A stretch of DNA of 64,000 nt, taken from the NCBI GenBank assembly GCA_040285745.1, contig JAUFOR010000004.1, forward strand, positions 496,001-560,000, written 5' to 3'. Position 1 is the stretch's first letter. Each line of letters opens with the position of its first letter. Positions 1 to 12,900 of this stretch are shown here, piece by piece. Source of the stretch: Barthelona sp. PCE. Its lineage: Eukaryota. The notes beneath the pieces were generated by a model. It was not told the origin of the DNA, made no database searches, and saw nothing but the letters and a program-made list of their open reading frames with translations. The translations under genes and the position numbers were made by a program.

Positions 1-3000
1 AAAAGTTACTTTCTTCGTCTTGAAGCACGAAAGCAAATCGATGGGTTATGGGCTCGCTAGTATTGCAAGCGACTCTCATCAAATTGAGCCTGTTGACCCG
101 CACATTTGGTACATAAACACGTGATGTTGCGAGAGATACCAGCAGTGGTTGACCATCATTTTTGCATTCATACTCCACAGAGATAACGTAAGTCTCAATC
201 TGTAAGAATGTGCTGTAGTGCACACGCAGGTAGTAAGGCAACATATCAACACTGAAGCGTGATGTGCTACTAACATCCAAAAACTCCACAATAGAAATTG
301 TTATACTGACTGTCCCATAGCTCCATTTTGCATCTAAACTTATAGCATAGTGCTCTTTTGGTTCGAAACTTGAGCTTGCAACGTCAAATAAAAGGGTGGA
401 GTTGTCAAACCTGCTCCATTGTAGGTTGGTGTCTGTGGAAATAAATAAAGGTTTTGAATCTCTCGATCCCCATAATCTTATCTCTGGGTGGATCGGCGGA
501 ACATCATACCTGATCTTGAAACGTAGTGGATGTGGTCTGATCTGACTCAACTCACCCATTTCCGGAGTATTAAACGTCACAGTTTTAACACGAGGCTGAA
601 GATCAACATGACTGACAGGATTGTTCTTTGTTGGAAGTGACGTTGCCACTGATAGGTTGACCGTGATATCGTTGAACTCAATCTGTGGTAGAAGAATCAT
701 CATGTAAAACGATACTTGTGATGAGTACATACCCAGTACTTGACCTAATGTGATTGGGTATTTCACTGTGTACTGAAGGTTTGAGAACGAATCCTCTTGT
801 GGAGGCTGGTTGTAGTTGATTGGGTAATGCAATGTTAAATAATAAGGGAGCTTTGCTCTCAATTGGAAAGATGTGTAACTCTTAAAGTCAATTTCTCTTG
901 CCAGATCAGGAAGAATACTCTTTGTCACTGGACCTGAGAACCCTTCGGTTGAACCATACAGTAGCAATTTCTGAGATGGTGTTCCCTCTCGCAAAAGAGG
1001 TGCAAACAATATCATTGCATCTATGAACTCCTCTTTCACAACATTAGTATCGTTCAAAATGATAAACGCCATGCTCGTTGTCGATAGTGGAATCCTGGGT
1101 ACCGTACGAGTTTCTGAAATGTCAATGTACCTTGGCTTAATCACGTTAACTGTTGCAATAATCCTAGTATCCCAATTCTCGATTGTGTTCACACTCACAT
1201 GTCCATCACCACTAATAATTTGAAGATATGATTTCTTGAGCCGCAGTAAAAACATTTTTTTGCAATTATCCTTACTGCTAAATAAACGACGAGGTATTAC
1301 AACGGTTGTCATATTAACAAAGTTTTGTAATGTACCCACAGTTGTTTCCGTTTCAAAGTTTACCTCCTGTAATATAAAGTAAACACTCTTTAACCAACTC
1401 GTTTCAGGTGAAGAAAAATGTATATCAACTGCTTCAGCATCATCATTGATTCCACATAAATCTATTTCGACACGAGATGCACAATCCAACGAAACTTTGA
1501 CAAGTTCAAAGTATTCAGTCTGATCATCATGAACAACTATGCTATCCTTCGGTCGCTCAAGCAATGAATATTCCAATTGCAGTGTTAGATTCTCAGTTAT
1601 CAACTCATCTGTTAAAGGTGCCAGTTTGACAATTAGCATACCGTAGTTTTTGAGCTGTGATCCTGACATTGAACGATATACATAAGTTTCGTCATTTGCT
1701 GGGGTTACCTGAAGAAAACTGTGTATTTCAACACTATCTGGACTAAGCAAAATAGAAGGATCAAAAGTATCATAATTAGTAAACAGTAGTGATACGGTAC
1801 ACACTGATTTAATCGTAGAAACACCATCTGTTTTCAATTTCAAACTCCATTGAATGAAATGTTCTTTAGAATCAACGATAGAATCTATCCGACGAATAAA
1901 CATACCATCATCATCACAAAAACCTTCTTTACCGCATGATAAATTAATTACTTCAGATCCTTTTCTATTTTTAAGTGATATGACAATAGCATAATCAAAA
2001 TAATCCCTAAAATCAAATATTCCATACTTGATTCCAATAGTCTGAGTATTGACTGTAAAGTAGAACGGAATCATTGTGTTTGAATTTTCCCTAATCACTG
2101 TATCCAATACCGAAGTTTGTTTAAATGTAAAATATCTACGAACATTCAAGTTAGAAGATTTTGTTTCACTTATTTCATGTACCTTAAAAATACTTCCACC
2201 ACAGCAGTCGCTCACTCGATTGCTAACACAAAAATGAGAAAACCCTGTAAAATCAAATTGTAGACTGTGTTCGATGTTCAAGAAGGATAGATAAAATAAT
2301 TTAGTTGTACGAACATCAAGATTGACACCCAGAAAACGAGTGTTAAGTGCAACATTAGGTGCGTTAAGAACTGTGAAGAACTGATATTCATTGGTTAAAG
2401 TAGGACTTCTATACACGGAAGTGAAAAGACGCAAACTAGTCATATCATAATGGTTTGAAACAATACTAAATCGAATATTCTTCGTAAACTTACACGCTGG
2501 CATTCGTATCTGTGAATTTTGTTGACTATGTGAAAATTCCATTTCTGTGATAACTTCACGATCTGTTGATAACGTAAAAATCATCTTTCCGTCACCATTG
2601 ACTGTTTCAAAATAGTCAACGGAGTCGAACATGAAAAGAACAACATGCTTATTAGCATCAAAACTTGGATTCTTTAAAACAACATTAACGTACGACGGTT
2701 GACCTGGGTAAATGGATAGAAGTTGTTTTGTTTGTGTACCCACGATCAGGTCCAGCGATGTTTCGATCGTTTCTGTGTGGTTTACGGAATAATAACAGGT
2801 AGAACTGAAAGGAAGTATGTCAAAAATTATATACTCTTCCTCTTCTACGTAAAACATTAAAGTCTCCTGGAATGTGACATTAGAAGAAGCGCAGAAAGGA
2901 CTATTGCCATATGAACAACCAAATACAATTTCATTAGAACTGTACAAAAACAGCTCTTGATTAAAATCCTCAAAATTCTGACAAAATGAATCTTTAACAC

Positions 3001-3817
3001 GATAATACCCTGATTCAGTGACCTGTATGACATACAGGTTATTTCTTTGCTGGAATGAATGCATATTGGTATTCATTGTATGCAAGCTGATTGGTAGCTC
3101 AGTGAACTTCACAGCAACTTGAATATTTTTAAAATCTTCTTCCATTAACATTGTTTCAAAACGGATTATGTAATTACCACCAACTCCAGTAACAACATTC
3201 ATCCCATATGTATATGTGGGTGAGACTTCTCCAACACGTATTTCCAAACAGTGCGATTCATGCAAAAATTCAACAATTGAAGAATTTAAAAATAGTGAAC
3301 TTTGTTCAGATGTGAACTTGAGAGAAAATTTTGTTGAATCTAAATATACATTATTAACAAATCCTACCAATAAATGGCTGCCTACCTTCGTAATATTAGT
3401 CATGCCATTTTGATCGAGAGCAAAACTATCTAAAACAGTCATAATGTCAGCCTGTAGTTTGAATGTGCAGTCAACTCTGCCAAAGAATTGAATATCGGCT
3501 TCATACATTGGGAAAACACTCTTAGGGGATTCCATGGACAATTGCAATTTATATGTTGAATCGTATGATACCTCACCATTGTACATTGGATAGAAGAATA
3601 GTTCGCTACTAGAACACCCATCAACAGAATTTAAAGTAAATTCAACGACACTGAAGTCTGATGGAGCAGAAAGATTCAAAATAACGTTTGATCGTGTTGT
3701 ATTGACTTTTACGGTGATGCATTGGCCCATAGTAAGATCGAATTTTGGGACATTGTCGAATTTATCTAAAGCCATGACAATAAAAAAATAAAAAAGAATG
3801 AGAAATAAGAATTTCAT
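1..3817 (-). CDS. Large secreted/surface protein of unknown function (>1270 aa, runs off the left edge)
   Basis: Read manually. ATG at 3817 gives MKFLFLILFYFFIVMA (signal-peptide-like), then LDKFDNVPKFDLTMGQCITV... No stop was found over 3817-~1880, and the same frame is open at the edge (...SEPITHRFAFVLQDEESNF). Its absence from the ORF track is consistent with no in-window stop. Confidence 0.8.
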   Translation of the reverse strand, partial: MKFLFLILFYFFIVMALDKFDNVPKFDLTMGQCITVKVNTTRSNVILNLSAPSDFSVVEFTLNSVDGCSSSELFFYPMYNGEVSYDSTYKLQLSMESPKSVFPMYEADIQFFGRVDCTFKLQADIMTVLDSFALDQNGMTNITKVGSHLLVGFVNNVYLDSTKFSLKFTSEQSSLFLNSSIVEFLHESHCLEIRVGEVSPTYTYGMNVVTGVGGNYIIRFETMLMEEDFKNIQVAVKFTELPISLHTMNTNMHSFQQRNNLYVIQVTESGYYRVKDSFCQNFEDFNQELFLYSSNEIVFGCSYGNSPFCASSNVTFQETLMFYVEEEEYIIFDILPFSSTCYYSVNHTETIETSLDLIVGTQTKQLLSIYPGQPSYVNVVLKNPSFDANKHVVLFMFDSVDYFETVNGDGKMIFTLSTDREVITEMEFSHSQQNSQIRMPACKFTKNIRFSIVSNHYDMTSLRLFTSVYRSPTLTNEYQFFTVLNAPNVALNTRFLGVNLDVRTTKLFYLSFLNIEHSLQFDFTGFSHFCVSNRVSDCCGGSIFKVHEISETKSSNLNVRRYFTFKQTSVLDTVIRENSNTMIPFYFTVNTQTIGIKYGIFDFRDYFDYAIVISLKNRKGSEVINLSCGKEGFCDDDGMFIRRIDSIVDSKEHFIQWSLKLKTDGVSTIKSVCTVSLLFTNYDTFDPSILLSPDSVEIHSFLQVTPANDETYVYRSMSGSQLKNYGMLIVKLAPLTDELITENLTLQLEYSLLERPKDSIVVHDDQTEYFELVKVSLDCASRVEIDLCGINDDAEAVDIHFSSPETSWLKSVYFILQEVNFETETTVGTLQNFVNMTTVVIPRRLFSSKDNCKKMFLLRLKKSYLQIISGDGHVSVNTIENWDTRIIATVNVIKPRYIDISETRTVPRIPLSTTSMAFIILNDTNVVKEEFIDAMILFAPLLREGTPSQKLLLYGSTEGFSGPVTKSILPDLAREIDFKSYTSFQLRAKLPYYLTLHYPINYNQPPQEDSFSNLQYTVKYPITLGQVLGMYSSQVSFYMMILLPQIEFNDITVNLSVATSLPTKNNPVSHVDLQPRVKTVTFNTPEMGELSQIRPHPLRFKIRYDVPPIHPEIRLWGSRDSKPLFISTDTNLQWSRFDNSTLLFDVASSSFEPKEHYAISLDAKWSYGTVSITISIVEFLDVSSTSRFSVDMLPYYLRVHYSTFLQIETYVISVEYECKNDGQPLLVSLATSRVYVPNVRVNRLNLMRVACNTSEPITHRFAFVLQDEESNF

Positions 3818-3945
3818 AGCAAATTTTCGATAAAAATGTTACATTAACCAATAAAAAGGGATTATATGAAAGAAAAGGGTCAAATTTGTTAAACAACCTG
3901 ACTTGGTTTTCATTTATCACCCTTTTCAGCCAAAACTCATTTGAA
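3818..3945. promoter_or_regulatory. Compact bidirectional promoter region
   Basis: 128-bp AT-rich gap between divergent ATGs at 3817 (-) and 3946 (+). Confidence 0.5.
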
Positions 3946-6900
3946 ATGGACGCTTTCGCCACCTTCAGTGAGTTTTTGGATCAGGCACCAAGTTTCGAAG
4001 ATCATATCCTCAATAAGCTAACTAGTATTTATGATCCTATTCGTTGTGACCTTGAACGACTGCACCTATCTCCTAACGAGCACAAAACTACTTTTCACCG
4101 AGTAATGGAATGGATTAGAGCACTGCAACCACAGAATTTGGTTGATAATCGTATTGATCCTTTGTTTGATTTTGTTGTGCACTTTCCCTTGTGTCCTGTT
4201 TTTGAGGAATTCAGCAAGGACATCATTGTTCTTGTGTTAAATATGGGATGTAGCTCACTAGTTCGACAAGAAATTACTCCTGAGCTTAAGCTTAAACTTG
4301 TTAAACTTTTGCTTATCGTTCATACCCGATACACCGTCCATCGCTTCACAGAGGCCACAGTACAAACCCTTTCAGTCAGTGAAAAGATGTTTAATAGTTC
4401 TCTGCTTGAAATTTTTTATCGCTTATTTGCTTCAACTTTGCAAGAGATCACCTATTCAGAATGTTCTCCCGATATATTTCTTTTTGTTCTGCAGGTAACT
4501 GTAACATTCAGTGAACTTGATGGTAATGTACATAAAAGTGCATTGGCGTTTTTTGTTAATACTTTTCTTACAGAAGATGTTCAAAATTTAATTGTCAAGA
4601 CATTCAATGATAGGTCTAACAATGATAATAGTGATTATCTTGAAAAACTATTTCAATTAGCTTTCCACGTATATTTGATGCTATTTAAGTTTCAAAATGA
4701 CATAGATAATCCCCTAGTTCTCAATCATTTACGGACAATTAAGATGTTTGTTCGTGAATATTTACCAATTTGGCATCTTTCTCTTAATACTGAGACTCTA
4801 ACAAAACTTTCGTTGCTGATTGATCTTAGTGGCATATCACTAGACGATTTCCTTTTGAACACACACTACCCCACTCGACAGGATTCACCTCTTGCTACAA
4901 ACAGTCAGGTCAGAAGTATGTTGGTTGAACTTACTCATACAGCTAATCAATTTACGAATCTTGAAGGTACATTTGCTAAAAGATTGGCACATATTATGTA
5001 TTTGTGTTCCCTAATAGAGTCTCCTTGTTTTGTCATTGAGGAAGTTATTGGCTTCCAATACTGGCTTTTCTCTCGAGAAGTACCAACCAAAGCAGGACCT
5101 TTTGAAGTCTTGGTTGAAATGGCAATAGCTCTTGGGAAAGAACACTATCAATCTTTATTATTTGTGATTTCCAGACTCTTTCATGTGTTTGAGAGTCGAA
5201 TTACTATGCTAAATGACCTTATGTTTCAAATGTCTTCAGAATTTGTTAATGAAAATGATCGAATATCAACAATTCCTTTAACTGATCACTTTGCAAGCTA
5301 TTTCCCATATGAGGTATTAGAACAATGTGATATCCGTCCTCCTACCAAGGAGGAATGCGCAAAGTACAAGGACTTGGCACCAAAGTATCTAATTCTGAGC
5401 AATGCAACAATGAATGTTCTCTTCAGAAAATTCTTCTATTGGATGTATTGGGTGACAATGTCGCTAAGGATGTTTGTCGACATCATTAAAAAGAACATAA
5501 TTGATGGATTAGAGGCCAAGAAGCATTCTAATATATCACCCTTTCAGAATGCAGAGTTTTCAAATCTTTATGCAAAGAGTTCATTCAGTATTGTTTATTC
5601 TCTCATGCAGATTACTCTTAAGCACTCATATCTTTTTAGTTCTACTCTGAATTCTATTCCTCGTGCAAAAGTAGCTCCTTCACGCGCTGCTCGTTATTTT
5701 ATTGAAATTGTTAGTGCTTTTGCAAGATGTGACAGTGATTCAACTCATGCGCTTATCCGTCGTCTATTTGATGAGAATCATGATAAAATATTACTGTTTC
5801 CTAACTTTTTCCGTGTAATTTTCCAATACATAATGTCAGCACAACAACAGCAACAATCAGAAAAAAGTCTTCAAATCCCTCTAGGTGGTGTTTTAGATCC
5901 CCCAGCCATCCTGTTGAACGTTCGTCGATTTGTCTTGAACTATTACGCTCAGATCTTGTTTCAACTAACGGCAATGAGCCACCATCCATATGGTTACATA
6001 CACAACAATCGCACTGTTGAAATAGATAATGATTTTGTATCAACTCATGATATAATAACTGCGACTGAACCTGACTTCTTTGTATTTGACTGTGATCCTG
6101 CATTTGAAACACTTAAAAAACATAAATCGTTAATTTATTACCTAAAAGTCTCAAATCTTAACTCTATTGGTCAATATCGTCACGGATACAATTTCCCTCT
6201 TTTTGAAACGATGTTGGATAATTTCCTTACTGGTGTTCTTTACTTATTTGTTGGATCATACACTTTAAGAGGTTTCACCAAGCAACTCTTTGAGGAAATG
6301 GAAGCTATTCTCCTTAGTTTAGTTGCAGCTCTCAAGAAAACTAAACATGTCACTACCCTCATTGGTTTCTTTCAAACTTTTGTCAATTGTGCACTTTCTC
6401 AGAGTAAGGTTAGTAAGACAAATGCTAATGCTTTGCGTCGCATTGAGCATATCATATACTTTCTTTGGCAGACCATCCTTGACCTAATGCAGGTTGACTC
6501 TTTGAAAATTAAAAACGATGCTGCACTTTTAGGATTAACGACAATTGAAGTCATCCCAACGCAAATATTAGCGTTTTGCAAATCCCTCCATCCGATCTTT
6601 GTACATTCATTGAGCACATTCTCAATACTCAAGAATAATGGTAGAGTCATCGTTACTGTAACTCATGCTTTCAGTAAGACGATTGATATACTATCACGTC
6701 TTGTACAACTGGAGAAAGAATGGGTTAACGCCGGGCAGGAGGCACGCAAACGCTTAGATGAACTGAATCATGTGCAAGATGAGCTAGTGGATGCTACTGA
6801 ATTTGAACATGAAATTTTGCTTCCACTTATGAAATGCGCTTCTTTAGCACGCTACTCCGATTCTACTTTGGATCATCTGGGAGCTTATGTTACTGTTTTT

Positions 6901-9900
6901 GACAATGTGTTTGACAAGTCATCACTCCTCAACATGGCACATAAGGCAGAAGCAATCATCACTTCAATTATACGGTGGAACAAGGTGCGCCTCATGCGCC
7001 CAGAGGTGCCGTTTGAGTCGACAGATCGACAGATCCCTCTTTGTGATCCTTTTAAATTGCACCCGCTCAAACCATACTTCACACTTCTCAAGGATCTAAT
7101 CCATAACAGTCCTGTTGAGGAAGTTGTGATGTTCAACGAGCATCCGTTTGAGTTCTTCAAGGTTGTTCGATCAGGACTTGCAGGACTCTCACAGTTTGAC
7201 TCATCGTCAAACACTTCTTACGATGATATATATAGTACAATGGTTTTCATGATTGATTTGGTGCGAACAAAAATGGAAGATGTTATATCATCAATTGTGG
7301 AGTTCAAACAACAACCGTCGCTGAACAGGAAAAAATTGACAGAAGATAACTCTGTATATCACATGATGTTGAGCATTTTCATGTGTACAGCAGCACTTTT
7401 TGAGCTCCAGGTCAGTTTCCCTCCTTCTCATGAAAAAACAATCATAATTAAGAAGATTGCCGAAGTGGAAGGTATTATTGTTGATCACATTGTTGAACAA
7501 GAACTGAACCCAATTGATTTACTCAACGCATTTATTTTAACCCAGCATATTGGATCAATACTAATTCGCCGAAAATGTTCTTATGTCTTGGATCGAATCT
7601 TCTCTGAATGGAATAATCGTTGCGAAGAGAAAGGTCTGTTTTTGGCTGATAATGACTATTTCAGCACAAACTGGCTGTATCACACGACATCACATTTGGC
7701 ATCTTTCTCCCATGCGGAACGTCAAGCTACAGAGATCTATTTAGCACTGTTGATGTCTTATCTAGTTGAAGTCAATGACAATGGATCCATTCGAGTTCTT
7801 TACGAAACCCAGCTTTGTTCAGCTTTCTTAGAAAGTAACGAGGTTATCGGTCATTTTATTGTAAGATCAATCAGACTCAATCAGTTACCCTACGTGGCGC
7901 TATCACAGAGTATGTGTCACAAGCTCTTCCTTGACTTCTCATACATCATTTTAAACAGTGGAGATGAGGATAAACATTATGCAACGATAAAATGGTTGGT
8001 AAAATTCCTGAGCGATTACAATATGGCGATTCGGGACCTGGCCTTCTTTGTGTTGCATTTCTTAACCTTGGATGTTGATGTCATGTCACCATGGGATGGT
8101 ATGCTCAACTTCAAGCACCATTATTATACCCAGTGCTGGCAACCGCTCGCCATCGATATGTTCCGCCGGGAACTAAACTCTACATTTAACGAGAAACCTT
8201 TAGGTGGCACGTTCGATTTCAAAGGAACATGGACGGAGCATGAAAACACACGATTCATGCGTGCGTTACTGGAGCGACAAAAGTACTGCTGTTCTGTTGA
8301 TGAAATTGGTATAGTATCAAATGTACGTGAGATGTTCCTACCCAACAATGTATTTTTGGATCCACGTTGTGACTTTGAGAAAAATCAGATACTTTTCATG
8401 GCTAAACCCATTGAGAAGCAGGAATTATTGACTTTAGATACTCTTTTGTCAGCAATATCCAGTTGCAATCTCAAAATTCAACCTGATCTAGATTATACTG
8501 TTATACCATTACTAAGTCGCATCTTTTCTCTACTCCGTTTTTATTTCAAGCGTCCAGATATAGAAAAAGATCCTTCAATATTGTGGGAGGCACTTGATGC
8601 TAATGACAGCATACTTAATATCATCAGTGTTATTGAGCCTTACATAGCCACCGTATTATCCCGTCGCTATTTTGATATCCAGGATAACACGCTTCGTGGT
8701 AGCATCAACCCTCTTCACTTCCGTTTCAGTCAGGCTGCAATCGAGAGTGAACGTATGTACGTCCTCAACGGTTTCTTGAGTGAGAAAACAAAGGATACTT
8801 ATGTTCTAGTCGAGATGCTTGAGCTGCTGCGTCAAATAATCAAGTTATGTGCTGATTTTAATTATCGCCTGGGTTCGAAGAAGAACATAGATCTGTCACA
8901 TTTAAAGACTGTTGAAAACAAGTTCTCCAAGCACTTTGCAACTATTGTATGTCTGTGTTATGTAAGTGGTAACGTTGTTGTCTCAACTAAGGCTCGCATG
9001 CTTGCACTTGAACTCAGTCGTGTTGGTCCTTGCAGTAACAGGTATTACTGGTCTGAAAACGAAAGCGTAATGCAAATAGTTGCTCCCCTTATTGTTTTCA
9101 ATGGCGCTGACACTTTCAAGGAGATGAGCACTGCTTATTGCAAGCTTCTCATGCAACTCTCGTTTTCGTTCCCTATCACATTCCAAAAACGATTATTAAC
9201 AACCGGTATCCAACCAAATGCAATCTTTCAGCAACTTGTTGATCCTCCAGTTATCAACACGTTGTTTATTCTACTAACAATCATCAACAGTGCTGTCTCC
9301 CCATCTGAACTCTCTCGTTCCTTATGGGATGCTATTATGGAACTATTATTCCCACATCCCAAATTCGATACACTTTTGGCGACAACACTCGTATATCCCA
9401 AAGCTCTTATGAGACTTTTCAATGAGTTAGGTCCTGCCACCGTCAGTATGGCCGGTGGACTCACAATTTTATGTGAGAAACAAATTGATTTTGCCATCAC
9501 AAAGTTCTTCCATGAACTGTTACATTCTGCAGGAGAGTGTTTCAATAACATTCTGAAGTTCCCCTCATTCATTAACTTCTGTCTTCAATTAAAAACACGT
9601 GGACGCATGGCACTGACCAAGATTCTAATGGAAAAATCAAAAAAAGGAACTTTTGAATACCCTATCAACAACCGCTCACGTGCAGTTGAAATAACTCAGA
9701 CGCTTGTTTCACAGATCCCTTATGCATTCACAGGATATTTTACGCAGGAGGACTTTAGAGAACTTCCCCTCAACCGTCCTGCTTTGTTGAATAACTTAAA
9801 ACGTTCACTTCAAATTGAGCTTGTGAATATGGAGGAGAACTACTTCGAAATGCTCCAATCCGTCAATCCTAGCATACCCCAGCAATCAGCTATGGTTTTA

Positions 9901-12900
9901 CCAATCACCAACACAATTAGCTCAACACTAATGTCTTCACTGTTGTTCTGCACACAGGTAACGGATACACTCATGAGCTTCAGTTCAAGCATATTCCAGA
10001 TTAAGAAACTCATCAGCGACGCCATGGAAGGAAGTCAGGCTTACATTGGGTTCTTTGACATGCTTTTTGATACTATTGTTATGTGTTTGGCGACAACAGA
10101 CTATCATCCTGGTACCAACCGTATCAGCTTCAAGTCGCTCACGCATTCCAAGATTATCCAAAGATTGCTGCCACAGATGCCTGGTATCGTTCTCTATAGG
10201 TTTTTCATTTGGTTACTTGAGCAATTGAAGCTCCCATACATACCCAACAACACCAATGACGATTCACCGCGTGTCAAGGTGGAGGAGCGCTTTGTCGTGA
10301 GCCAGAGCATGTGCTCTCTTCTGAGCAACTGTTCGACCAATAGTTTCCACCGATACCGTCTCCAGCTGATCCACTGTGCTTTGATTCCAGTACTGCATCA
10401 CATTGTGCGTCGTTGTATTCTTCGAATCCAGCACAACAACGACCCTGAGTCATACACACCTTTCAACAAGTATCACAAACAAACCGAGCGACACTACTGG
10501 AACTACATGCTACATGAAATGTTCCCCTTTGAATACGAGCAGATCATCAACGAGACAATGCCATTGGTAACGTCAGTTGTCGCCAACTGCATCTCTCACA
10601 ATGATTTCCCGGAGGATGTCGGTCGTGCATTGGTGTATGGAACATGGCAGTTCTTTGATCATATCCTGTACTTTATGTGCGATTTATTCGAATTAAAGCG
10701 CAAGAACGATTCTAATGTCGAATTTGAACATATTAGCTGGTTAAACGATGTTGAACAATTCATCACTGAAGCACACTCTTATGTTAGCTCCAACCATCTA
10801 CTACAAACTGGTACTTTCAACGATTACTACTTTACTTCTCTCATGTATGTGCTCAAAATGCATTGTTTGGTCAGCGAAGACGCGTTAGTTAAACACGATC
10901 GCTCTGCCCAATTTGACATGTACATTATTTCTGCACTCAAGGAGGATCCCGGTATCTACGGAGATTACGTTAATGTTGGTCTTGTTAAATTGTTGGAAAT
11001 AGGTACTCGCTGTCGTAATTCTACATATGATGAGCACGTATCGTTTATCAATCGCATCTTCACCAATCGTATAGTCTTTTTAACCCGTGTTCGTCAGGTT
11101 CTTAACAGAATATCAACTGAGTTCCGTAAAGTATATAGGCTATTTACGATACTGTTCTACCTTCGCAAAGGACTGTTGCACGATTTCATCCCTTCGATAT
11201 ATCATGACTTAAACAGCACCGAGAATTTGTCTTCCAATGAGAAAGCAAACCTAAACCAGCTTTTGTTAGAGAAGGTTGGCGATATCTATCAGCACGTGTC
11301 ATCACGTTCTGTGACTTCTCATCTCTTTAACTTACTGAATATTTCAAACAGTTGCGTTTCACGAGATGATCAGTTTTTGTTCAGATCGATTAAACTTGGT
11401 TGTTTACTGATTTATATTAGTAGATTAGGGCTGGAACTGCACAATGAGCAGGCCAACAGTGAATTCAATGAAAAAAGGTTGAAGTTCCTCTTCTCGGCAA
11501 CTTCAAGTAACTTGAATAATTTGTTGGTTAGTTTTAAACAACCTCACATGCAGCAAAACCCAAGGAGCCTTGAGATATTGAACGTCACTTGCGAAAGTAT
11601 TGTGCTTCTTTATCAAAACTGGCGTACGAATGTTCTTGAGAATGAGCAAACACGCACTCTTTTCTTCCAAATTGGTGGAGCCGAATTAGAGATCAGAGAT
11701 AGCTATAAGCATACCACAGGGCAGCTTGTTGACAAACGCATAGGCCTGTTGAAGCATATGATTCTGCAGTGTCCAGAGTTCCTCAACGTCATTGCACCCA
11801 CGTTCGCCCCACATGCAGCAAAAGCTGTAGCATGCGTGTCTTCGTGGGAGTGTAAGCCCAAGACGGATCCAGCACCTAAGGAAGTGTGTAATTTCCTGCT
11901 ATGGATCAGATCCCGAGGGTTAATGACCGAACAGGTTGCCAACAACTTCCTAAATGCTTTTATCGCAAGAGCATTGGAACTGAAACGCGCAATCAATAAC
12001 AGGTACAAGCGAAGTGAGGACATCTTACTCCTGTTCGCTGCTATGTCCATTATTAATCTCAAGTGTATTATGATTTGTCTATCGTGCATCTCTTTCCTTA
12101 GTGTCGACCAGAGCGAGCGACTTCTCGACATTGCCGTTAATGTTCTTGGGTACCGTAAGGAGTCGCTGACACCCCTTATGTCAAATATTGAGCAGGCGTT
12201 TGCTCCAGGCAACAACACAGGGTTCTTGCAGTATAAAGCCATGATTGATAACGTCAAGTCGCCCATTATTATTGAGTTCTTCCGATCCATGCATCCTCAC
12301 TTCGAGGCGTTCGTTTGGCACTCTATCAGATACGCATTCATGCTACTTTCGCGTTTGTCTATAACACTAACGATTGATAAGTTTACTCCACGTTCTAACA
12401 ACATCGTGCGTGGTAAAGGAATGAAGTCGGTCAAAAGACCCCCGCGTGCATCCGCTGCAACAGCAACGGAGTATACAATTGCGAGTATGGCGCTTCGAGT
12501 GTACTCATTCGTGATGAAGGATCTGCTCAGCCAGTTCAAAGTAGGCGTCACATCTGTCTACTACCGTCTCTACCTATCCTTCATTATCAGAGATGTCGTG
12601 TACGGTATGTTCTCACAGCACGAGTTTGCAGAGACAGTTCAACTAGCGTTCCAGGCTGCAGTCTTTGAGACTCGATCTGATCATCAGGCACATATGTCAC
12701 ATTGTCCTTTGTTCAACTCCAGCGATATCCTCGACATAGACTCTACATACTCGTTCTTTGATAACGGAAACCGTGACTATGATCCTTATGACGTCTTCTA
12801 TTCCCGCTTGAAGATTGATAGAGAGAAGCTAACCTACACTCTCTTCTCACCTCTGTGGATGCGCTTCCATCTGCTGCTTGCTCGTCTTTTGGCTGTGTAT

